DNA of 64,000 bases from the NCBI GenBank assembly GCA_964401385.1, contig CAYNYF010000010.1:1112-65111 (forward strand). The letters are read 5' to 3'. The position numbers were made by a program, and so were the translations under genes. Below the pieces are notes generated by a model. That model did no database searches, had not been told where the DNA came from, and saw only the letters and a list, made by a program, of their open reading frames with translations. Positions within the stretch are counted from its first letter, which is position 1, and each line of letters starts with the position of its first letter. Shown piece by piece: positions 36,532 to 45,438 of this stretch. The stretch comes from an uncultured Planctomycetaceae bacterium (GTDB lineage: Bacteria > Planctomycetota > Phycisphaerae > SM23-33).

Positions 36532-38610
36532 ATGACCGTAAGAGCGATATTCCTGGGCCTGCTGGTGGGTGTGGCGCTGGCCTCGGTCGGCTACGTCAAC
36601 GACATCTGGCTGGGATTCCCCAGCATCGGCGGCAACCTGATGCCCACTCACGCCTTCGGGCTGCTGATGCTGGGGCTGCTGGCCGTCAACCCGCTGCTGC
36701 GGCTGCTGGGCGGTCTCCGATCCGGGCGCACCGGACCGGCGGCCTCGGGCCGATGGCAGTTCACCACCGGCGAATTCATCGTGATGCTGTCGCTGGTGCT
36801 GATGGGCAGTGTCATCGCCGGCTCGGGCCTGCTTTGGGTCTTCCCCCACCCCATCATCGCTCCGTTCCATCACCAGGCGATCAGCCCCGGCTGGCGGGAC
36901 AGGCACCTGCTCAGCTACGTCCCGTCGGTGATGATGGTGGCGACCGAGCCCGGCTCCGACGTCGTGAAGGACTACATGCAGGGCCTCTCCCGGCCGGGGG
37001 CACCCCTGCCGTTCACCGGCGTGCCCTGGGCCAACTGGGTGCCGACGCTGCTGTTCTGGTTCGCCGTCTTGGGGTTGAATTTCATCGCCGGCCTGGCCGC
37101 GGTGGTCGTCGTCTACCGCCAGTGGAGCCAGCGCGAGCACCTTTCCTTTCCCATCGCGGCCGTCACCCACCAATTGCTGGAGCCGCCGAGCGACGGGGGC
37201 GCTTTCAATCCGATCTTCCGCAACCGCGGGTTCTGGCTGGGCTTTGCCCTCGCCTTCGGGGTGCTGTGCGTCAGGGGCATCTACGCCTGGCGGCCGGGCT
37301 TCGTCACCATCCCATTAGGCATCAACCTTAGCTCTCTGCGCGAGATCCTTCCCTCCGTGGCCAAGGTGCCGTGGGTCAACGTGCTCAACGTCCGGTTCTA
37401 CTTTGCCGCCGTCGGCGTGGCGTACTTCCTGACGTCCGAGGCGTCATTCTCGCTGGGCCTCAGCGGCTGGCTGTACGTGGCGGTGGCCGCGCCGCTGGTC
37501 TCGGCGGGGGTAGACCTGAGCACGGACGTTCTGGCCGGCGGGCTGCCGGCATACATGTACTTCGGTGCCTACATGGGCCTGGCCGTGATGGTGCTCTACC
37601 TCGGCCGGCGGTTCTATTGGTCGGTTCTGAAGCGTTCGCTGTGGCTGGGCGGGGATGCTTCCGGGGAGGTGCTGCCGCGGGAGGCCGCCGCCTGTCGCAT
37701 CCTCATCGTCGCCAGCGCCGCCCTGGTCGGCCTGCTGTGGTGGGTCGGCCTGCACCCGCTGCTGGCGGTGGCGTTCGTGCTGCTGACGGGCACGCTGTTC
37801 CTGATGGTCGGGCGGATCAACGTCACCACCGGGCTGTTCATCATTCAGCCGTTCTGGCATCCGGTGGGGGTGCTGCTGGCCGTCTTCGGCAGCTTTGCCT
37901 TGGGCCCGCACGCCCTGATCATCCTGGGCTTGCTGTGCGTGGTAGTGACGATCGACCCGCGCATCGCGGTGGTGCCGCTGGCCCTGAACGTCGTCCGCAT
38001 GGGCGACCTGCGGAGGCTCAAGCCCGGGCGGCTGGCCGGCTGGATGGGCGTCGCCGTCATATTGGCGATGGTCGCGGGCGTGGTGGTCACCGTGTATCTT
38101 CTCTACAGCCTGGGCGTCGCCGGCATGGACAGCGGCGGCCAGCGCTGGGCCGTGGACCAGGTCGCCAGGAGGCCGTTTCAGATGCTGACCCGCGCCGTGG
38201 ATGAACTTTCGTCCACGGAGAGCCTCCAGGAAGCCGCCGGCCCCACCGGCCTCGCGCGGTTACTCCATCCCCGGCCGAAGCAGCATTTCTTGACGGCCGC
38301 GGGCATCGGCTTCGCCCTGGTGATGATCTGTAGCTACTTTCGCCTGCGCTTCACCTGGTGGCCGCTGCATCCGATGCTGTTTCTGGTATGGGGGTCGGTG
38401 TGGACGACGGAATTCGCGCCGTCGTTCCTGCTGGCGTGGCTGATCAAGACGCAGATCATGCGCTACGGCGGGCAGTCCTATTACCGCCGAGCCCGGAATT
38501 TCTTTATCGGGCTGATGGGCGGCGAGTTTGTCGCCGGCATCTTCTGGGGCGCGATCGGCCTGGGGGATTACCTTCTGACCGGCACGGTTGGCCCAAGCTT
38601 CAGGGTCTGA
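36532..38610 (+). CDS. large polytopic membrane protein of unknown function
   Basis: About 690 aa with at least 12 hydrophobic segments by eye (e.g. AIFLGLLVGVALASVGY, FGLLMLGLLAVNPLL, LLFWFAVLGLNFIAGLAAVVVVY, ILIVASAALVGLLWWVGLHPLLAVAFVLL). ATG 36532 (the track GTG is at 36499). Possibly one of the DUF-only membrane families, but I cannot confirm this. Confidence 0.7.
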   Translation: MTVRAIFLGLLVGVALASVGYVNDIWLGFPSIGGNLMPTHAFGLLMLGLLAVNPLLRLLGGLRSGRTGPAASGRWQFTTGEFIVMLSLVLMGSVIAGSGLLWVFPHPIIAPFHHQAISPGWRDRHLLSYVPSVMMVATEPGSDVVKDYMQGLSRPGAPLPFTGVPWANWVPTLLFWFAVLGLNFIAGLAAVVVVYRQWSQREHLSFPIAAVTHQLLEPPSDGGAFNPIFRNRGFWLGFALAFGVLCVRGIYAWRPGFVTIPLGINLSSLREILPSVAKVPWVNVLNVRFYFAAVGVAYFLTSEASFSLGLSGWLYVAVAAPLVSAGVDLSTDVLAGGLPAYMYFGAYMGLAVMVLYLGRRFYWSVLKRSLWLGGDASGEVLPREAAACRILIVASAALVGLLWWVGLHPLLAVAFVLLTGTLFLMVGRINVTTGLFIIQPFWHPVGVLLAVFGSFALGPHALIILGLLCVVVTIDPRIAVVPLALNVVRMGDLRRLKPGRLAGWMGVAVILAMVAGVVVTVYLLYSLGVAGMDSGGQRWAVDQVARRPFQMLTRAVDELSSTESLQEAAGPTGLARLLHPRPKQHFLTAAGIGFALVMICSYFRLRFTWWPLHPMLFLVWGSVWTTEFAPSFLLAWLIKTQIMRYGGQSYYRRARNFFIGLMGGEFVAGIFWGAIGLGDYLLTGTVGPSFRV

Positions 38611-38674
38611 CCGTAAGCCGGCACCGGGCGGCTCGCCGTGACGGAAAGGCGCTCGGGGCGCTCCGGCGCCTTGC

Positions 38675-38724
38675 CCCGAACATTTCATGACCGTCTCACG
38701 TTGGGCGGGGCCTTTGGGCCGTCG
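38675..38724 (+). repeat. 50-bp intergenic repeat, copy A
   Basis: cccgaacatttcatgaccgtctcacgttgggcggggcctttgggccgtcg. 45 of 50 positions are identical to 62891..62940 by my alignment. It starts 65 nt after the stop of the 36532..38610 gene. Confidence 0.85.
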
Positions 38725-39157
38725 GCTGCGTTCTCCGCGTGAGCTGTCTTCGGCCTGACTTATCCCCAGTTTGGCGAACCGGGCCGGGAGCTGGCAACTG
38801 CGCGAGCGGCGAGGCCCTCACCTTCCAGGGCTCGCGCCCCGGGCAAAGAAAGGCGCCCCTGCCGGCCCGTTCGCCACCCGACTTAGGCGCCCGGCGGGGG
38901 AGCATTGTCGTTTCAGGTGTTTGCGAGCCCAAAGCCGTCCGAACAGGGATCGGAAAGCCGCCTTTTCGCGCTGGTTGGCTGCTAAAGGTCCGGTCCCGCG
39001 CCGCCGATGAACTCATGGGACCCGTCCCTGCCAGGATACCGGCGGCGACCCGCGGACCCGGGCAGAGACGGTCTGCATTCAATCGTGACAGTCGCAAAGG
39101 CAAAAAGGCAAGGGATAGCCCAAGACATCGGTCGCCGAAGCAGAACAGGAGAGCGAA

Positions 39158-39391
39158 ATGAACGTGTTCGTCTATGTTCTAACACTATTGGCGGTGGGTC
39201 ACGTTGGTGTGATGGCCCTGCTGGTCATCTATCTGTCCCGGGCGGTCAAACATTTGTCGCAGATGGCGGAGCCGATGCAGGCCCTGTGGGAGCAGCAGGA
39301 ACGCTCCGCTTTCTCGGCGACAGCAAAGACTGACGCGACTGCCAAGTCGCAGTGGGCAGAGCAGCCCGAGGAATTGGTAGGCTCCCCATAA
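39158..39391 (+). CDS. small hypothetical single-pass membrane protein (77 aa)
   Basis: ATG is preceded by AGGAGAGCGAA. N-terminal TM segment VFVYVLTLLAVGHVGVMALLVIYL. It is the only plausible ORF in a 1.4-kb gap, and its GC3 is lower than in neighbouring genes. Confidence 0.4.
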   Translation: MNVFVYVLTLLAVGHVGVMALLVIYLSRAVKHLSQMAEPMQALWEQQERSAFSATAKTDATAKSQWAEQPEELVGSP

Positions 39392-39998
39392 GAACGGCCC
39401 GTCGCGGAACGCCAAATGCGTTTCGCTCGTTGCCGAAGTCTGACATAGCCGATAGTCGTGATCGGTCTGGCCGTGGCGACGGTCCTTGCCCTGGGGGTTC
39501 GCTGGGCGGAGGTCGTCGCCTAGGCCTGCTGGAAGATGGTCAAGAGCGGCCCTGAACGGGGCCGCTTGACCATTGGGGACGTCCAGGGGCGGATGGGAAT
39601 CCCCCGAGGATCCGAATCCCGTCTGGCCGGGGGCGGTGTCGAGCATCCCAACCCGCAGGGGCATCTTTCGGCGCCCAGGGTGCGCCCAGAGCCAACGCCC
39701 GGCCGCTCACGCCCGCCCGCCATGCCGCCGCAGCGGGGATAACCGCATCTTCAAGGCCATTGACCGCTTGGGCCAACAGGCGCCAGCGGGTCCACGATGT
39801 GCGCGCCTCTTCAGCGGTCTCTCGTCCCTGGCGGAGTTTGCCTGCGGATTTTTTTCGCGGCCCGGGCGGAAACTTTTCGCCGGGTCGCGAGTCAAAGGGA
39901 TAGAAGGCGTGCACGAAAGGTCAACGAGTCCGTCGGGACTGAGGCCCTTATAGGCGTGTTCTCGTCGCTGAGGGCCTGGCCCGGAAAGGAGGCCAAAG

Positions 39999-42900
39999 AT
40001 GCATCGGCCGACAGCGATGTTCCTTCTAGCCACCGTGATCGCCGCCACTGCCCCTCTCGCCCTGGCCCAGGCCGAGGCCAAGCAGGCCTTCGAGGCGGGC
40101 AAGACGGCTTTTGAGGCGGGCGAACTCGAAAAGGCCAGGCAGCTTCTTGAAAAGGCATCGCAGACGGACGTCCGCAATCCGGAAGTGTTCCTGTGGCTGG
40201 GCAAGGCGTGCTACCAGCTCGGGCAGGTGGACCGGGCGATTGCCGCCTGGTCCAGGACGCTCCGGTTGGCGCCCGAGCAGCCGTACGCGACCAAGATGCT
40301 CAAGGCCCTGCGCGGGCAAGTGGCCGACGCCGACACGCGGATCCGCCTCATCGAACTGATGCTGGAAGAGGCGCCCTTCGCGGAGCAGTTGGCCAGGACG
40401 GCGCTGGTTCAATGCGACAAGCTGCTGGCGGAAAAGGCCCTGACCGACGCCCAACGTGCCGGAGTGATGGCGCTGAAGGCGAGGGCCCAGATCCAGCGGG
40501 CCGACGGGCCCGGGGCGATCTCGACCGTACGCGAGTTGCTGGCGCGGTTCCCCAAGGAGGCGGACGCGGCCACGACGACGCTGCTTCTGGGTCTGGCCAA
40601 GACGCGCTTCGGCGGGGAGGCTGTGGCCGAGGGGGTGGCGCTGCTGAAGAAAGTGATCGCCGACCACGCGGGCACGCCCGCGGCCGCCGAGGCCGAATAC
40701 GAGCTGATCGCATTCCAACTCCGCCAGAAGCCGGATCCGGCCGTCGCGGCGTCCCTGGAAAAGTGGATCGCCGGCAACGCCGGACATCCCAAGGCCCGTC
40801 AGGCCCGCCGCCGGCTGGTGGAGGCGTATCTGGCCGTCACGCGGCAGGTGCATCCGCGCACGCCGGAGGCCGCGCTAAGCCGGACCGACGTTGCGGCCCT
40901 GGCCGCGGCGGCGCAGCTCTACCAGCAGATCGTCCAGGCGAAGGAGGCGCGGTCACTGACAGACCACATCATCGCCCATCTCCAGCAGCAGTATGTCAGC
41001 TCGAAGGCATACGCAGCGGCCATCGCCGGGGCGGAGACGCTCCTGAAGGCGGCGCTTCCCGGCTCCAGCCGGACCGCGGTGCTGCGCGCCCTGGCCAGGT
41101 ACAGGGTCGAGCACGCGTCCAAGGTGCTGACGGATCAGGCCAAGGCCGGCAAGCTTCCGGCCGGGGCGATGCCGAAGGTGCTGGCCGACGTGCTGGCCGT
41201 CTACGCGACCATCAACAAGGAATTCCCCGCCCAGCCGGCCTGGTCCGATCAGGCCACACTGGCCGAACGGGTGCGAAATCTGGCGGGGCTTGTGCCCTGG
41301 CCGGTGAAGGTGACCGGCCCCAAGCCGCTGCACACCTGGGCGGTGGCGGTGGCCCTACCGGTGATCGAGGCCAACGCCGACGCCGCAGCCGTCCGGCGCG
41401 CGGCCGTCACCGTCACCGCCGTCGTCGATGCGTACGTACGCTGCAAGGGCCAGGCGGCCAAGAAGGTGGCGCTGGCGATCAGCACGCAGTTGGTGGAGGC
41501 GCTCTGGCCGGAGGAGCCGACCTGGGCGGCCTCCATGCTGAAGCAGATCGACCTGCTGAGCGCGTGCGCGGCCAACCTGTTCCAGGAGAACATCAAGGCC
41601 GGGCGGGCCGAGGACAACGCCAAGCTCAACGAATTCCAGAACCGTCTGCTGGCGGCCATGTCCAAGCTCGCCGCCCGCCAGGCTGAGCACGCGCCGGCGG
41701 TCCTGAGCAGGCTCCAGAGCCACCTCGAGCCGTGGCTGCGACACGGCCACTACGCCCTGGGCGAGGCAGCCTACGAACAGCTCGCCGGGTCCCTGCCGAA
41801 GCCGCAGCAGCAGCAGGCGAAACTGGCCGTGGCGACGCTGTGGATCCGGCAGGTCACGACCGAGCACAATCGACTGCTGTCGGCCGGGCTGACCGTGCCG
41901 CGGAAGCTGGATCCGATCTTTGCCAAGGCCCTGGGACGATGCTATGCCCTCCAGGCCGGTCTGGTTGAAGATGACCCATTCCTCTCGCAGGTGCGCTCGG
42001 TCTGGGACAGCATCATCAACCACTACACGCGGCTGGAGTATTTCGACATCGCGGAGCAGGCCGTCAAGGCCAAGCCCGCGGCGCCGGCGGTCGCCCCCGC
42101 CGACGCCTACGCCCAACTGAAGCTCGCCGTCCTGCACGATCAGGAGGCGCGGCGGGAGCTGGGCGAGCTGCTCAAGCAATACAAGGGCGACGAGAAGATC
42201 ACGCTGACGCCGGCGTTCAAGACCGCCATCGCCGAGTACACCAAGTTCATTTCCGATCGCCCGTCCAGCCCGCTGGTCGCCAACGCCGTCGCCGGCGTGT
42301 TCAACATCGCCCGGCTCTTCGAGCAGCATAAGGCGTACGACGTGGCGGTCGGCGTCTACCGGGACCTGGCGGCCTTCGCCGAGAAGGTCAAGGCGCTTAC
42401 ACAGTCGGCGCCGGGCGCGCCGAGCGCAGCCGAGCGCGCGAAGTTCGCCGTCGCCGGCGCCCTGTACGCCAAGGCTCGTGCGGCTCTGAGCAAGGCGCTG
42501 GCCGAGAAGGACCCCAAGGCCGCCCCGCCGGACAAGATCAGCGCCGAGTTCGCCGCCGCCATCGCCGCCTACCAGGGCTTCATCAAGGCCAACCCCGACA
42601 GCGGCCTTCTGGGGCAAGCCGTCCGGCAGATCCTCTCGGCGGCGCTGGAGTACGCCAGGATCGACGCCTGGGACGTCGCCGACGGCATCTACGCCGACCT
42701 GCTGGCCAGCGGGCTGCCGCTGCGCCGCCCCGAGCGGGTCCGGTTTGCCCGCGGCGTCTGCCAGATGGGCAAGGTCATGCCCGACCACGCCAGGAAGGTC
42801 CTCCAGGCCCTGACCACCGCCCCGCCCGTCACGCGGCGGCCCGGCGGGGCTGACGATGTGGCGGCGCTGGCCGAACCGAGTAAGCCCCTCTCGGCACTTG

Positions 42901-45401
42901 AGGGAACCAGCGGGCGGCTCAGGCAGCCGACGCCGACCTTCAAAGCCCCCAGCCTCGATTTGGCATGGTCGGAGGACCGGTCTGACGCCGACGGGAGGAG
43001 GGGGAGGGGGGGAGGAGGAAGGACTGAACTGGAGAAGTTGGATTACCTGGCCCTGACGGCCATCCGCAAGGACCAGCAGCGGCGCTCGGTGCAGGTGGCC
43101 CAGCTCCGCGACGAGTCCGTCCGGTATCGGGCGGTGGCACAGGCGTCCGCACAAGGCCAGAAAAAGCAGCTTGTCGTTCCCAGGCCGGTGCTGTCGGAAG
43201 CGGAGATCGCCCGCCAGGAAAAGGCCCTGGCCGCGGCGTACAAGATCTTCCAGATGATCCGGAAGGACTATGCCGCCACGCCCACGGCCGAGCAGGCCCG
43301 CGGCGAGATCATGATCATGATCCAGCACTGGCGGACCATCGGCCAGTGGCAGCGCGGGGCGGCGCTGGGCGAGCAGTACCTCGCCGACAACCCCACCGAT
43401 CGGGAGCTGCCACAGCTTCGGCTGGGAGTCGCCCGCGACAACCTGGCCTGGGCGGCCCAGCCTGTCCAGAAGCAGCCGTCCACGCAGGCGATGCTGGCCG
43501 AGGTCGCCCAGCGCTTCGACAAGGCCCGCGGGCAGCTTGCCGGCATCGTGAAGGACTTCCCCAAGGACAAGTCCGTCGTCCACCAGGCCCAGTGGGACAT
43601 CGCCAACAGCTTCCTGACGCAGGCCCGCGTCGTCGACGCCTTCAGCGCCACGCTGGCGCGCGGGCAGTACGTCCGGGCCGCCACGGAGTTGCAGCAGGTG
43701 GCCGCCAGGTATCACGACCACCCCAACATCGCACAGATTCCGCAGATGCTCTGGAACATCGCCCAGGAGCTTGCCGGGCGGGGCTACTACGACGAGGCCA
43801 TCAACGTCTGGAGCGAACTGACCATCCACTACCCGACGCACCCGCAGGCCCAGCAGGCGGCCTACCGGATCGCCCAGACCTATCAGAACAACCTGAAGCG
43901 ACCGCTGCTGGCGGCCGAGGCGTACCTGGAGCTGAACTTCACCCGCGGCGGCGACCTGAGCATCCAGAACCAGATCTTCAGCATCGGCGTGAGCCTGAAG
44001 AACGAAAAGCGCTGGGTGGAGGCCATGCACGTGCTGGAGAGCTTCGTGGACGGCTTCCCGCGCAATCCCAGCGCCGGTAAGGCGCTGACCATGGTCGGGC
44101 AGATCCACCAGACCAACGAGGCCTGGGACGACGCCATCAAGGCGTACCGCCGCGTGATCGACGAGTTCCCCGCCGGCACCTGGGTCCGCGACGCCAAGTG
44201 GTCCATCGCCGAATGCACCATCAACCTGAGCCAGTGGCGCGGGGCGATGGCCGCGTATCGGTCCTACCTGGCGACGTACGCCAAGGACGGCAAGGCGGCC
44301 GAGGCCAACCGCCGCATCGGCATCCTGAAGGACCTGGCCCGCTACCAGGCGCTGGTGGACGAGGAGGGCCAGCGCAAGGCCTTCGACGCCCAGTACCAGA
44401 TCGCCGAGATCCTCCTGACGAAGCTGTCCAACCCGGTCAAGGCGATCATCGAGTACCGCAAGGTGACCGACAGGTGGCCGCAGAGCCACCTTGCCGACGA
44501 CGCCATGTTCAAGACCGGCAGGACCTACCTGTCCATGGGGCAGACCGCCAAGGCCCGCGAGGCCCTGCTGGCGGTGGCTCTCAAGTACCCCACCAGCCCG
44601 CTGGCCGACGACGCCGTCTACATGGTCGGTCAGAGCTATGAAAACGAAGCACAGCGGCTGGCGGGCGTGACCCGCGAAAAGACGATCAAGAAGGCGAGAA
44701 TGTGGGCTCAGAAAGACGCCTATTCCAAGTTCACGGCCGCCCGCCGCGATCTCCGCAGAATCAACGAGCTGGAGATCGCGGACTTGAAGAAGGGTGGCAA
44801 GCTGAAGGCTGCCGAGATGGCCCAGGCCCGCCAGTCCGTGCAGGAAAGCCAGTTCGCCATGGCCAACGTCAGCCTGCTGGGAGAGCAGGCCCGCCAGCAG
44901 GTCGAGACGCTCACGGCCAGCGAGCTTGCCGACCGGCAGGACAAGATCAACGCTGCCTTGCGAAGGGCGGTGGGGGCGTATCAGCAGGCGTCGAAGGTTC
45001 CCGCGGCGGACAAGGCCGACGAGTCGCTGCTGCGAATGGCCGTGATCTTCGCCGAAAAGCTGAAGGACTCGGACGCGGCCATGAAGACGTATCTCGAGAT
45101 CGTCCGTCAGTTCAGCGGCACGGCCGTGGCCGAGGACGCCAGTTGGCGCATCGCCCAGTACCACGAGCGGCAGGGCAAGTACGCCGAGGCCATCACCGCC
45201 CACGAGGCCTTCCTGAGAAACTACCGCCGCAGCCCCCGGGCCGGGGCGGCCCAGTTCGCCATCGCCGAGAACTACGAGCACCTGGGCCAGTGGGTCAAGG
45301 CCATGGACGCCTACACCAACTACATCAACAACTTCCCGTCCGGGCCGCTGGTTCAGAAGGCGACCGAACAGATCAACTGGATCAAGACGTATCGGCTATA
45401 G
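39999..45401 (+). CDS. giant (1800 aa) secreted TPR/BamD-YbgF-like repeat protein
   Basis: ATG is preceded by GGAAAGGAGG. Signal peptide MFLLATVIAATAPLALAQA. Helical-repeat composition throughout. The C-terminal third has clear YbgF/BamD-type TPR units (e.g. PTSPLADDAVYMVGQSYE, SGTAVAEDASWRIAQYHE, PRAGAAQFAIAENYEHLGQW). Confidence 0.8.
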   Translation: MHRPTAMFLLATVIAATAPLALAQAEAKQAFEAGKTAFEAGELEKARQLLEKASQTDVRNPEVFLWLGKACYQLGQVDRAIAAWSRTLRLAPEQPYATKMLKALRGQVADADTRIRLIELMLEEAPFAEQLARTALVQCDKLLAEKALTDAQRAGVMALKARAQIQRADGPGAISTVRELLARFPKEADAATTTLLLGLAKTRFGGEAVAEGVALLKKVIADHAGTPAAAEAEYELIAFQLRQKPDPAVAASLEKWIAGNAGHPKARQARRRLVEAYLAVTRQVHPRTPEAALSRTDVAALAAAAQLYQQIVQAKEARSLTDHIIAHLQQQYVSSKAYAAAIAGAETLLKAALPGSSRTAVLRALARYRVEHASKVLTDQAKAGKLPAGAMPKVLADVLAVYATINKEFPAQPAWSDQATLAERVRNLAGLVPWPVKVTGPKPLHTWAVAVALPVIEANADAAAVRRAAVTVTAVVDAYVRCKGQAAKKVALAISTQLVEALWPEEPTWAASMLKQIDLLSACAANLFQENIKAGRAEDNAKLNEFQNRLLAAMSKLAARQAEHAPAVLSRLQSHLEPWLRHGHYALGEAAYEQLAGSLPKPQQQQAKLAVATLWIRQVTTEHNRLLSAGLTVPRKLDPIFAKALGRCYALQAGLVEDDPFLSQVRSVWDSIINHYTRLEYFDIAEQAVKAKPAAPAVAPADAYAQLKLAVLHDQEARRELGELLKQYKGDEKITLTPAFKTAIAEYTKFISDRPSSPLVANAVAGVFNIARLFEQHKAYDVAVGVYRDLAAFAEKVKALTQSAPGAPSAAERAKFAVAGALYAKARAALSKALAEKDPKAAPPDKISAEFAAAIAAYQGFIKANPDSGLLGQAVRQILSAALEYARIDAWDVADGIYADLLASGLPLRRPERVRFARGVCQMGKVMPDHARKVLQALTTAPPVTRRPGGADDVAALAEPSKPLSALEGTSGRLRQPTPTFKAPSLDLAWSEDRSDADGRRGRGGGGRTELEKLDYLALTAIRKDQQRRSVQVAQLRDESVRYRAVAQASAQGQKKQLVVPRPVLSEAEIARQEKALAAAYKIFQMIRKDYAATPTAEQARGEIMIMIQHWRTIGQWQRGAALGEQYLADNPTDRELPQLRLGVARDNLAWAAQPVQKQPSTQAMLAEVAQRFDKARGQLAGIVKDFPKDKSVVHQAQWDIANSFLTQARVVDAFSATLARGQYVRAATELQQVAARYHDHPNIAQIPQMLWNIAQELAGRGYYDEAINVWSELTIHYPTHPQAQQAAYRIAQTYQNNLKRPLLAAEAYLELNFTRGGDLSIQNQIFSIGVSLKNEKRWVEAMHVLESFVDGFPRNPSAGKALTMVGQIHQTNEAWDDAIKAYRRVIDEFPAGTWVRDAKWSIAECTINLSQWRGAMAAYRSYLATYAKDGKAAEANRRIGILKDLARYQALVDEEGQRKAFDAQYQIAEILLTKLSNPVKAIIEYRKVTDRWPQSHLADDAMFKTGRTYLSMGQTAKAREALLAVALKYPTSPLADDAVYMVGQSYENEAQRLAGVTREKTIKKARMWAQKDAYSKFTAARRDLRRINELEIADLKKGGKLKAAEMAQARQSVQESQFAMANVSLLGEQARQQVETLTASELADRQDKINAALRRAVGAYQQASKVPAADKADESLLRMAVIFAEKLKDSDAAMKTYLEIVRQFSGTAVAEDASWRIAQYHERQGKYAEAITAHEAFLRNYRRSPRAGAAQFAIAENYEHLGQWVKAMDAYTNYINNFPSGPLVQKATEQINWIKTYRL

Positions 45402-45438
45402 GCCGGAGATAACGGCAAAGGTTCAAGGAGACACGATC

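Noticed and set aside
38687-38758. Short ORFs starting at the ATG inside both copies of the 50-bp repeat (MTVSRWAGPLGRR... / MAFSRPAGPFGRR...)
   Set aside because: All five nucleotide differences between the copies change the encoded amino acid, and the reading frames diverge immediately after the repeat. Conservation is therefore at the nucleotide level, not the peptide level.
38611-39998. Search by eye for RNase P RNA, tmRNA, SRP RNA or a riboswitch in the large gap
   Set aside because: None of the hallmark strings were present: GGAAAGTCCGGGC / ACAGAACCCGGCTTA for RNase P, a tRNA-like TTCGA..CCACCA end plus an ANDENYALAA-type tag for tmRNA, or GGAAGCAGCC for SRP. This does not exclude other ncRNAs.
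41355-45281. 1308-aa minus-strand ORF opposite the giant TPR gene
   Set aside because: Same reasoning. The plus-strand frame has a strong RBS, a signal peptide and TPR periodicity. The minus-strand frame is low-complexity (G/L/R/V/P) with no start context.
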